From IMG/VR virus record IMGVR_UViG_3300042691_023467: a stretch of 64,000 nt of DNA; one strand, 5' to 3'. Below the pieces are notes generated by a model, which was not told the DNA's origin, searched no databases, and saw nothing but the letters and a program-made list of their open reading frames with translations. The stretch is from an uncultured virus (IMG/VR IMGVR_UViG_3300042691_023467) (taxonomy: Duplodnaviria; Heunggongvirae; Uroviricota; Caudoviricetes). How positions within the stretch are numbered: position 1 is the stretch's first letter; every line of letters begins with the position of its first letter. A program made the position numbers and the translations under genes. Below are positions 18,637-27,443 of this stretch, in pieces.

Positions 18637-19685
18637 GTTTTACTCTAAAAAATAAAAAAATTGGAATTTTTTCCGATATTCATATCGGATTAGGCCAAGA
18701 TAGTTCATTAAATCATAAAATTGTTTTAGATTTCGCAAAATGGGCGTCAGAAACCTTTTTAAATAAAGGAATATCAGATATTATAATACCCGGTGATATA
18801 TTTCATAATAGAAATGAAATTTCTGTTGAAACATTATCAATAGCAAAAGAATTTTTTGATTATTTTAATGATTTTAGAATTTTTATATCTACCGGAAATC
18901 ACGATTGTTTTTTAAAAAATAAAAGCGATATAAATTCTATATCAATATTGAATGGATGGCCTAATATTAATATTATAGATAAAAAAACAGAGATTTTAAC
19001 CTATAAAGATAAAAAAATATCACTAGTTCCTTGGGGAGTAGATGCAAATGATATACCTTTATCGGATATAATGTTTGGACATTTTGAAATAACAACTTTT
19101 AACATGAATTCATATAAAATATGCGATCATGGGATGAAATCGGAGTCATTATTATCAAAATCTCCACTGATTATATCTGGACACTTTCACACTAAGCAGT
19201 CTAGAAACTATAAAAACGGTAAAATTGTATATGTAGGTAGTCCATATCAACAAAATTTTGGAGATTGTAACGAAGATAGAGGGATTTACGCTCTAGATTT
19301 AGAAAATGAAGAGTTTGAATTCATAGAAAACTTAATATCTCCAAAATATTATAAAATATCAGCATCAAAATACATTAAAGACGAAAATTACATTAAAGAT
19401 GTTGATATAGTAAGCAATAATAACATCATAAGTTTAGTAATAGATGATAAACTTTCACCAGAAGACATTTTATCCATCAAAGACAAAATAAATAAAACAA
19501 ATCCACAGTCTATAAGGGTTGATTATGAAAATAACGATAAAGATTTTGATAAAAACGAAACGGATAATGAATACGACTCTTCAAACATACTAAAATCTAT
19601 AGAAGATTTCATACAAACTCTAGATATAGACAATAAAAAAGAAGTTGAAGATTACTTAAAAGAATTATATAATAAATTAACATGA
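18633..19685 (+). CDS. gp47: Recombination nuclease subunit (gp47; Mre11/SbcD-like)
   Basis: Metallophosphoesterase motifs SDIHIG, GDIFHNR, GNHD, FGHFE, SGHFH, YVGSPYQ. Confidence 0.93.
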   Translation: MSFTLKNKKIGIFSDIHIGLGQDSSLNHKIVLDFAKWASETFLNKGISDIIIPGDIFHNRNEISVETLSIAKEFFDYFNDFRIFISTGNHDCFLKNKSDINSISILNGWPNINIIDKKTEILTYKDKKISLVPWGVDANDIPLSDIMFGHFEITTFNMNSYKICDHGMKSESLLSKSPLIISGHFHTKQSRNYKNGKIVYVGSPYQQNFGDCNEDRGIYALDLENEEFEFIENLISPKYYKISASKYIKDENYIKDVDIVSNNNIISLVIDDKLSPEDILSIKDKINKTNPQSIRVDYENNDKDFDKNETDNEYDSSNILKSIEDFIQTLDIDNKKEVEDYLKELYNKLT

Positions 19686-20437
19686 ATAATAATGAAATTG
19701 GAATAGGAATATTAGATTTATACGATCAAGACAGTCTTGATCGTTGTTTGGAATCTTTAAATGAGTATAAAGATTCAATATTTGTTGCATCTTTGACGAA
19801 TAATAAGATAAAAACAGAAAATTATATAAGATATTCATCGCAAACTCCATTAGCAACACTCAGAAATTATATAATATCTCAATTTAGAATTAAAAATTTG
19901 AAATATTATTTTATAATTCATTCAAATAACATTATTAAAAATAAAAACTTCGCAAATGACACGATAAAACTCGGAGAAACATTCGGAAGTTGGGTTATTT
20001 TTGGAAATGAAAGCAAAAAGCTCTCATTAGAAGATGAAAGTGGACTAGAATTAAACATTTCTACTAAATTAAACTCTGAATTTTTATTTACGATAAGCGG
20101 AATTATTAAAAATAACGGATATTTTGATGAAAGATTCTTTAATGGTAAAGAATTAGACATTATAGACTATTTAATAAACTTAAAAACAAAAAAAGTATAT
20201 CCACCAAACGGTTATCACCCAACTATACCTCAAAATTGGTTTGAAAAAACAAATTCACCCATAAATGCTATAGGATATAAAGATCTTCCAGCAGAAGATA
20301 AATCTCTACAGCTATCTTATGGATATTTTTATCATAAAAACAAATATATACCAAACCAAAACGAGCCACAACCAGCATCTTCGGATGAATTATTAAGTGT
20401 TATGGAAGAAATTCAAAAAAATTATGCAAAAAAGTAA
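19682..20437 (+). CDS. Degenerate GT2-like glycosyltransferase paralogue
   Basis: IGIGIL...RN.I....YYFIIHSNNIIK aligns with the neighbours' YIFTLEDDIIIK but lacks the acidic motif; GYFDERF retained. Confidence 0.6.
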   Translation: MNNNEIGIGILDLYDQDSLDRCLESLNEYKDSIFVASLTNNKIKTENYIRYSSQTPLATLRNYIISQFRIKNLKYYFIIHSNNIIKNKNFANDTIKLGETFGSWVIFGNESKKLSLEDESGLELNISTKLNSEFLFTISGIIKNNGYFDERFFNGKELDIIDYLINLKTKKVYPPNGYHPTIPQNWFEKTNSPINAIGYKDLPAEDKSLQLSYGYFYHKNKYIPNQNEPQPASSDELLSVMEEIQKNYAKK

Positions 20438-21215
20438 CGTAGGAGTAGCGATTATAACGTATAATCGACCTGATTTTTTCAAAAAATGTTTTAATTCTAT
20501 CCCACAAGACAAAATTGATCATTTTTTAGTTGTAAATGACGGAGATAAATTACCATTTCATCTCGAAGATACGCAAATAATTCAACACGAAACAAATAAA
20601 AACGTAGGAGAAAGTAAAAATGACGCAATGCGGTATCTTTTGGACAATAATTGTGATTATATTTTTACTTTAGAAGACGATATTATAATAAAAGATGATA
20701 ATATTTTTGAAAAATACATTAATGCATCAAAAGAAACAGGAATTCAGCATTTTAATTTTGGATATTCCCAAAGAGAAAACCTAGATCACAATTTAAAACC
20801 AGTTTGGCGTAAAATTATAGAATATAAGAACTCTAAAATAGTTTTAAACCAAAATATATTAGGTGCGTTTACATTTTATACTAGAAAAGCACTACAAACG
20901 GTCGGATTACACCATAAAGACTTTAATAAAGGTCATGGAGATCACCTAGAATTGACATATAGAGCATACAAACACGGGTTAACTACGCCTTTCTGGTGGT
21001 TTGCTGATATATATGGTAGTTGGGATATGATTGAAAACCAAAGCGACTTTACTACAGACTCAAAAGTACGAAATCCAGAGACAATTCAAAAATATTTCAA
21101 TGAAGCTAGACAAATTTTTAAAAAATTACACGGTTTAGACATATTTGAAGTACCAAATTTAACTGAAACCGAAGTAATAAACTGTTTAAAACAATTAAAA
21201 AATGAAATACATTAA
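20424..21215 (+). CDS. Glycosyltransferase family 2
   Basis: VAIITYNRP, VVNDG, NVGESKN, LEDD, HLELTYR; start taken at MQKS. Confidence 0.9.
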   Translation: MQKSNVGVAIITYNRPDFFKKCFNSIPQDKIDHFLVVNDGDKLPFHLEDTQIIQHETNKNVGESKNDAMRYLLDNNCDYIFTLEDDIIIKDDNIFEKYINASKETGIQHFNFGYSQRENLDHNLKPVWRKIIEYKNSKIVLNQNILGAFTFYTRKALQTVGLHHKDFNKGHGDHLELTYRAYKHGLTTPFWWFADIYGSWDMIENQSDFTTDSKVRNPETIQKYFNEARQIFKKLHGLDIFEVPNLTETEVINCLKQLKNEIH

Positions 21216-22011
21216 AAATAAAATTGGAGTTGGAATAACAACATATAATTCTGAAGAATATTTCAAAACTTTATATAAAAGTATCGACAATACCAAAGTA
21301 AACGAATTAGTTGTTGTAAATGGGGGAGAAAAATACAATAATAATTATGATTGTGATTGGATTCAACATAATAAAAATTTTTATCCAGCACAATCTAGAA
21401 ATGATTGCATAACATATCTATTAAATAGAGATTGCGAACACATTTTCTTAATTGAAGATGATATGATTATTAAAAATTCAGATATTTTTAAAAAATATAT
21501 TGAAGCATCAACTATATCCGGATTAAAATATTTTTCTTTTGTTAGTACAGGTCAAGGTTCAGGTTCAGCTTATAATAGAACACCAAAAACTGTTGTTGAA
21601 TATAATAATAATATAAATTTATCTCTTTATCAAAATATGTGCAATGAATTTACATATCATCATTGTACAGTTTTTAATGAACTTGGTCTTTATGATCCAT
21701 CTCCAGAGCTTAGAAACGCCTTTGATATTGATATGGCTTATAGAGAAGCTAAAATAGGAAAATGGACAACTCCATTTTGGTGGTTTCCAGACATATCCAA
21801 TTCAGATGATTATATAGAAAATAATCCAAACGCACAAAGTAGGTTACAATCTGATAGACCGGATGGATCTAGACAACAATTATTGTATAAAACATTTGAA
21901 TTTTTTAGAAAAAAACATAACATAGAAATACAAAATATACCAACAGCAGATAAAAATGAAGTTATTGATAAGTTAAGAAGAATAAAAAATGAAAATAGCA
22001 ATAGGGATTAA
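21202..22011 (+). CDS. Glycosyltransferase family 2 (paralogue of the preceding gene)
   Basis: GITTYN, VVVNGG, SRN, IEDD, DIDMAYR; shares TTPFWWF.DI with 20424. Confidence 0.88.
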   Translation: MKYIKNKIGVGITTYNSEEYFKTLYKSIDNTKVNELVVVNGGEKYNNNYDCDWIQHNKNFYPAQSRNDCITYLLNRDCEHIFLIEDDMIIKNSDIFKKYIEASTISGLKYFSFVSTGQGSGSAYNRTPKTVVEYNNNINLSLYQNMCNEFTYHHCTVFNELGLYDPSPELRNAFDIDMAYREAKIGKWTTPFWWFPDISNSDDYIENNPNAQSRLQSDRPDGSRQQLLYKTFEFFRKKHNIEIQNIPTADKNEVIDKLRRIKNENSNRD

Positions 22012-22774
22012 TATTTTTAAATCTTATGATCGACAAACAAGATGTATAGACGTTTTAAAAAAATTAAAACGTCTATATTCAAATATAGAATTGTATAATA
22101 TATCTTTTGACACTGAAAAGAATTTAGATAGTGATTTTATTCATCTTCCTTTATTAAAAAAAAGAGCAAAAGATATAATCAACGGATCAATATCTGAAAA
22201 ACCAATAGCAAAAGAGTTTTTTGATGTGCTATCTAATCAAGAATGTGATTATTTTTTATTTTTAAATAGTGATATTTTAATTTCCGAAAAACTTTTAAAA
22301 GAAATTTTATCAAAAAAATTTGAAACTATGGTATTTTCTCGACATGATATATACCCACTAACAAGTTTAACAGATAAAATCATTCCTTTTCGGATAGAAA
22401 TTGCTGGATTTGATTGTTGGTGTGTAAAAAAAGAATGGTGGGTTAAAAATAATAATATTTTTGAAGATTTTATATACGCAGAACCACTTTGGGATGTTGA
22501 TTTTTCTTTAAAAATGTTTAATTATAGTGATTGTATATTACAAAATAAAGAATTCTTTATAGCTCATGAAAAACATGATTTAAATTGGAATGAAAATTCT
22601 TTAGAAGCCAAATATAATTCTTTATTGTGGGAAAAAACACCATACCACGAAAAGTGGCATGAATTTATATATTCAAATTTAATACATAGAAAACCATATG
22701 GTCAGTTTTTGACTCCATTGGAAAATGAAAATGAGTTACAAAATAAATTTTTAAAAATTTCAAATGAAAATTGA
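21989..22774 (+). CDS. Putative GT-A fold glycosyltransferase
   Basis: YFLFLNSDI, SRHD, GFD, PLWD, H.KH motifs. Confidence 0.65.
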   Translation: MKIAIGINIFKSYDRQTRCIDVLKKLKRLYSNIELYNISFDTEKNLDSDFIHLPLLKKRAKDIINGSISEKPIAKEFFDVLSNQECDYFLFLNSDILISEKLLKEILSKKFETMVFSRHDIYPLTSLTDKIIPFRIEIAGFDCWCVKKEWWVKNNNIFEDFIYAEPLWDVDFSLKMFNYSDCILQNKEFFIAHEKHDLNWNENSLEAKYNSLLWEKTPYHEKWHEFIYSNLIHRKPYGQFLTPLENENELQNKFLKISNEN

Positions 22775-23504
22775 TTTAAAGCACACTACGATAGTATCTT
22801 TAAACACTAGAGATCCGGAAAACAGTATAAAAGCAATAGAAAGAAGTTCAAAATATATAAATTTTGGAAAATATATTCTTTTATCTGATAGAAAAATTGA
22901 ACATCCTTTTATAGAAACAAAAATTATAAAAACATTTAATGATGTAAATGAATATAGTTTTTTTTGCATCAAAAAATTAGTTGATTACATAGAAACAGAT
23001 TATTGTCTAGTCGTTCAAACCGATGGTTATGTCACTAATCCTTTCATGTGGACTGATGAGTTTTTAAAATATGATTATGTCGGATCTCCTTGGGATAAAA
23101 GAGTATCTCAATTAGTATTACATTTCACTAGAGTTGATATTAATTCTTTAAAATCTATACCAAATATTGTAGGAAATGGGGGTTTTTCTCTTAGAAGTAA
23201 AAAGTTTTTACAAGAATCTTCAAATCTTAATTACGATTATCCTCTTAATGAAGATATGTTTTTATGTGGAGTATCTAGAAGACAATTAGTAGATAAAGGT
23301 ATTAAATTCGCACCCATGAAAATAGCAAATAGATTCGGTATTGAGCTTCCACCACATCACGACGAAAAAGTTATAAATTTATGTTCATATTTTGGATTTC
23401 ACGGAAGAGAGGAATTTAAAAAACCACTTTTGGATTTATTAGATAATTACGATGATGATATTGAATTTATTAATAATTTAAAAAAATTTAAACTTTTATC
23501 TTAA
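22764..23504 (+). CDS. DUF5672-like GT-A protein
   Basis: YS.F......ETDYCLVVQTDG, WTDEFLKYDYVGSPW, VGNGGFSLRSKK, NEDMF, FGFH. Confidence 0.85.
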   Translation: MKIDLKHTTIVSLNTRDPENSIKAIERSSKYINFGKYILLSDRKIEHPFIETKIIKTFNDVNEYSFFCIKKLVDYIETDYCLVVQTDGYVTNPFMWTDEFLKYDYVGSPWDKRVSQLVLHFTRVDINSLKSIPNIVGNGGFSLRSKKFLQESSNLNYDYPLNEDMFLCGVSRRQLVDKGIKFAPMKIANRFGIELPPHHDEKVINLCSYFGFHGREEFKKPLLDLLDNYDDDIEFINNLKKFKLLS

Positions 23505-23506
23505 AA

Positions 23507-24193
23507 ATGAACAAAGATTTTTTAATTTTAACCTCTAACTTTGGTCAAAAAGATTTATTAAAAGATCCTTCCGAAGTATATGATAATTGCGATTATATAG
23601 CTTTTACAGACAACCAAACCGATTTAAAAGTATGGAAACAACAACAAGGGTTTCACTTTTCCAATATAGATAATTATTCAGATCGAAGAGATGCTAAAAT
23701 CTACAAGATATTAAGTACTACCTTTTTCCCAAATTATAAATACATTGTTTGGATGGATGCTAACAAAGAATTAATAGTAAATCCAAAATTAATAATTGAT
23801 GAATACGGAGATGCGGATATATTAGGTTTCTTCCATCCAGAGAGAAATTGCATTTATCAAGAAATGGAAATAGTTAAACTTCTAAATTTAGATGATAATC
23901 AACTGATTAATAACCAAAAACAATTTTACATTCAAGATAATTTTCCAAATAATATAGGATTATTAGAAATGTCTTTTTTTATTAGAAAAAATACAGATAA
24001 AATAAAACATTTAGAATTTTGTTGGTGGGAACAAATTTGCAAATTTAGTTCAAGAGATCAATGTAGCTTTATGTATTGTATTTGGAAATTAAGAAATAAA
24101 AATGTAATATACTCTTTTAAAAGATTGAAAGGGTTTGCAAATAATCACGGAGGAGGTAATTTATATTCAAAAGAAATTCCTCATTTAAAATAA
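23507..24193 (+). CDS. DUF616 (TOD1/MUCI70-like) glycosyltransferase domain protein
   Basis: DYIAFTD, AKIYKIL, VWMDAN, HPERNCIYQE, WWEQI..FSSRDQ.SF.Y. Confidence 0.85.
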   Translation: MNKDFLILTSNFGQKDLLKDPSEVYDNCDYIAFTDNQTDLKVWKQQQGFHFSNIDNYSDRRDAKIYKILSTTFFPNYKYIVWMDANKELIVNPKLIIDEYGDADILGFFHPERNCIYQEMEIVKLLNLDDNQLINNQKQFYIQDNFPNNIGLLEMSFFIRKNTDKIKHLEFCWWEQICKFSSRDQCSFMYCIWKLRNKNVIYSFKRLKGFANNHGGGNLYSKEIPHLK

Positions 24194-24194
24194 T

Positions 24195-25526
24195 ATGTGT
24201 AGTATTTTATTTTCAACCAAACATAACAATGAAGATTTAGACGATTTAAATTATTATTTAAAATTTAGAGGTCCGGATTTTACTAATGTTAAAACTATTA
24301 ATAATAATATTTTTATACATAATTTACTTTCTATCACTGGAGAATTTAAATCACAACCATATCAAGATGATGATATTCATTTGATTTATAACGGAGAGAT
24401 ATACAATTATGATGAATTTGGAAACTATTCTTCTGATGGCGAATGTTTAATTCCTTTATATAAAGAGTATGGTGATAATTTTATTAAAAAATTAGACGGG
24501 GAGTTTGCAATATGCTTAGTTGATTATAAAAAGAATTTGGTGGTTTTGAGTTCAGACATTTTTAAAACAAAACCATTATTTTATTCTTTAGATGATGATG
24601 GTTTTGGTTGTTCTTCATATAAAACACCGTTAGAAAAATTAAATTATAAAAATATTAAAAAAGCAAAACCAAATACTACATATACTATATGTTTAAAAAC
24701 GTTTAAAATTTTAAAAGAACAAAGTATATATAATTTTGATTTAAAACAACATAAACAATCATATGATGATTGGTGTCTTGCTTTTTCAAACTCTATTATA
24801 AAAAGAACTAAAAATACAGATAAAAAAATTTTTATAGGTCTTAGTAGTGGTTATGATAGTGGTTTAATATTTTCAGAATTATTAAAAAATAATAATACAT
24901 TTTATTCTTTTAGTTTATTAGGGTCTGAAAATGAAGATATTGTGTTGCGAAGATTGGAACTTAAAAATGAAAACTCTACGTGTTATAAATTATATAAAGA
25001 AGATTCGATGTATAATTTTTCGCATATGACTATAAAAAATAGGACTGAACCTTTTTATTATACCATTCATTCTTCTTCTAGTGATTATAATGAATACAAT
25101 ACTTTGCTTATAGATGATGGAGGGTCTAATAACTTCGCCTCTATATGTAGAGCAGCAAAAAAATATGAATGTAAAATATGTCTATCTGGTTCCGGAGCAG
25201 ATGAAATAATTTCTGATTATGGATTTAATGGTAAAAAATTATACCAACATAGTAATTTCGGTGGAAAATTTCCAGAAGATTTAAGTTCAATATTCCCATG
25301 GGCGAGTTTTTATGGTTCTACTTTAGAGTCATATTTAGCAAAAGAAGAATATGTTGGAGGAGCTTTTGGTATAGAAATGAGATATCCTTTTTTAGATAAA
25401 AATGTGGTTCAAGAGTTTTTATGGTTGCATCAAGATTTAAAAAATAAAGAATATAAAGCACCTATAGATTATTATTTTAATAAAAATAATTTTCCGTATG
25501 CAAAACTAGAAAAGAGAGGATTTTAA
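24195..25526 (+). CDS. Asparagine synthetase B-like glutamine amidotransferase
   Basis: N-terminal Cys (MCSI), RGPD, QP, YNGEIYN, SDGE, LDGEFA, KPLFY; PP-loop LSSGYDSG; LSGSGADE; EMRYPFLD. Confidence 0.92.
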   Translation: MCSILFSTKHNNEDLDDLNYYLKFRGPDFTNVKTINNNIFIHNLLSITGEFKSQPYQDDDIHLIYNGEIYNYDEFGNYSSDGECLIPLYKEYGDNFIKKLDGEFAICLVDYKKNLVVLSSDIFKTKPLFYSLDDDGFGCSSYKTPLEKLNYKNIKKAKPNTTYTICLKTFKILKEQSIYNFDLKQHKQSYDDWCLAFSNSIIKRTKNTDKKIFIGLSSGYDSGLIFSELLKNNNTFYSFSLLGSENEDIVLRRLELKNENSTCYKLYKEDSMYNFSHMTIKNRTEPFYYTIHSSSSDYNEYNTLLIDDGGSNNFASICRAAKKYECKICLSGSGADEIISDYGFNGKKLYQHSNFGGKFPEDLSSIFPWASFYGSTLESYLAKEEYVGGAFGIEMRYPFLDKNVVQEFLWLHQDLKNKEYKAPIDYYFNKNNFPYAKLEKRGF

Positions 25527-26086
25527 TGAAAAAAGTTGTATTAGATTGTGGTTCTCATTTAGGCGAATCTGTTAAAAAATTTAGAAATATATTAAATGAT
25601 ATAACATATGAATATCATATGTTTGAAGCTAACACTTATTTGTATAATCAAATAGAGTTAAATCCCGAATTTGATGACTGTAAAAAATTTAATTTCGCAA
25701 TTTCAAACAAAAATGATGTAATAAAGTTATGGGGGTGCGTAAAAAATAAAAACAGTGTTGGGTCCACAACACAAAAAAGTAAAGCAAATTGGGATAGTAT
25801 AGAAGAAACCGATTATATAGAAGTTAAAAGTATAAACTTATCAGAATATATAAAAAATAATTTTAATAAAGAAGATTACATAATTTTAAAATTAGATATT
25901 GAAGGTTCTGAATATGATGTTTTAAGAGATTTGATAGATACAGAAGTTATTCATTATGTTAATGAATTATTTTGTGAATTTCATTCGTGTTGGATGTCTA
26001 GTGAGTTTCTTGAAAAAGAACAACAAATAAAAAATGATTTAAATAAAATAAATTTAAACCTGTCATATTGGGACGCTTTATCATGA
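25526..26086 (+). CDS. FkbM-family SAM methyltransferase
   Basis: LDCGSHLG, FEAN, LKLDIEGSEY, EFH. Confidence 0.9.
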   Translation: MKKVVLDCGSHLGESVKKFRNILNDITYEYHMFEANTYLYNQIELNPEFDDCKKFNFAISNKNDVIKLWGCVKNKNSVGSTTQKSKANWDSIEETDYIEVKSINLSEYIKNNFNKEDYIILKLDIEGSEYDVLRDLIDTEVIHYVNELFCEFHSCWMSSEFLEKEQQIKNDLNKINLNLSYWDALS

Positions 26087-26916
26087 ATTTAATCATATTT
26101 TGCGATGGCGGCTTAGGAAATAGATTAGGGGCTTTAATAGGTGGGTTATTAATAGCAGATGAACTAAATAGAACCCCAATAATCTGCTGGCCAGAAAATA
26201 CTTGGTGTGGAGCATCATTTAGCGATTTATTTGAAACTAATACACCTCTTATAAAATATAATATAAATGAATTATTTGAAAAATATAAATTAAATAATTT
26301 TTTAATTCATGAAAATCAATCTAAAATAAATATAAAGCATTATTACCCAACCGTTGAAAATATTAACTTTTTTAAAACTCTTACAGATGGTGATATAGTT
26401 TACTATAATAGTTTAATACCAAATTTTTATAGTGAGGATTTAATTTTAAATAAAATTAAAACTTTAAATATAAAACAAGACATTTTAATAAAAGTAAATC
26501 AAATATGTGATGTTAATAATATCGATAAAAATACATTAGGAATACATATAAGAAAAACAGATTTTAAATTGTTTTTAAATGAAAATAAAATAGAAGATTT
26601 AATAAAATCAAATGAAAATAAAAAGTTTTTTGTATGTTCGGATGATAAAAACACAGAAATAAAATTTTCAAATTATAAAAATGTCATAACAATCAAAAAA
26701 AATAGTTACGCTGAAAAATTAAATGTTGATATTGGATGGAATGATAATATAATTGATAACGAAGGAAGAATATTTGATTTTAATATAAAAAGATCTAAGG
26801 AATCTGTAATAGAAGCGTTTTTAGATATGTTAGTTTTATCTAAAACCTCTATCATTATAGAGTCTATAAGTACCTTTTTAAATTTTTCTAAATTATTCGG
26901 AAAGATTATTATATGA
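26083..26916 (+). CDS. Fucosyltransferase-like GT-B enzyme (NodZ / O-FucT / GT11-like)
   Basis: GGLGNRL, GIHIRKTD, FVCSDD, AFLDMLVLSK, STF; ATGA-coupled start at 26083. Confidence 0.8.
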   Translation: MNLIIFCDGGLGNRLGALIGGLLIADELNRTPIICWPENTWCGASFSDLFETNTPLIKYNINELFEKYKLNNFLIHENQSKINIKHYYPTVENINFFKTLTDGDIVYYNSLIPNFYSEDLILNKIKTLNIKQDILIKVNQICDVNNIDKNTLGIHIRKTDFKLFLNENKIEDLIKSNENKKFFVCSDDKNTEIKFSNYKNVITIKKNSYAEKLNVDIGWNDNIIDNEGRIFDFNIKRSKESVIEAFLDMLVLSKTSIIIESISTFLNFSKLFGKIII

Positions 26917-27443
26917 TATATACAACATTAAAAAAAGAAGTCTTACAGAAGTACAAAAATCCATATTTTTTAGAAACGGGAACTGCTAATGCAGACTGCG
27001 TTAGATTAGCCTTAGAGGTTGGATTTGAAAAAGTTTATAGTATAGAAATAGACGAAACTCTACAAAACGAAAATGTTAAAAACTATCAACCGCTGATAGA
27101 TTTAGGTAAAGTTTCATTGATATTGGGAGATTCTCTTCTAGTTATGAATTCTTTAGTTCCCGATTTAGATAAACCAACTACCTTTTGGTTAGATGCTCAT
27201 GTTGATTTTGGACCTAATGGAATTAAAAAGTGTCCTCTGTATGAAGAATTAGACGCTATTAAAACAAACCCAATAAAAAATCATACAATCTTAATTGATG
27301 ATGTTAGAGTTTTTGGATCACATTGGGGTGAAGGTATAGAATTAGAAACTTTAAAAACAAAATTACAAGAAATAAATCCAAACTATAAATTTAAATTTGA
27401 AGATGGTTATGTTCAAAATGATATTTTAGTTGCTTTTATTTAA
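26913..27443 (+). CDS. Class I SAM-dependent methyltransferase-like protein
   Basis: FLETGT, YSIEID, GDS, FWLDAH, PLYEEL, ILIDDVR. Confidence 0.8.
   Translation: MIYTTLKKEVLQKYKNPYFLETGTANADCVRLALEVGFEKVYSIEIDETLQNENVKNYQPLIDLGKVSLILGDSLLVMNSLVPDLDKPTTFWLDAHVDFGPNGIKKCPLYEELDAIKTNPIKNHTILIDDVRVFGSHWGEGIELETLKTKLQEINPNYKFKFEDGYVQNDILVAFI

Noticed and set aside
19682..27443. Glycosylation cluster as host contamination or a prophage boundary
   Set aside because: The genes overlap phage gp47 and gp46 at both ends, share the AT-rich composition, and no integrase, transposase or att-like repeat was seen.
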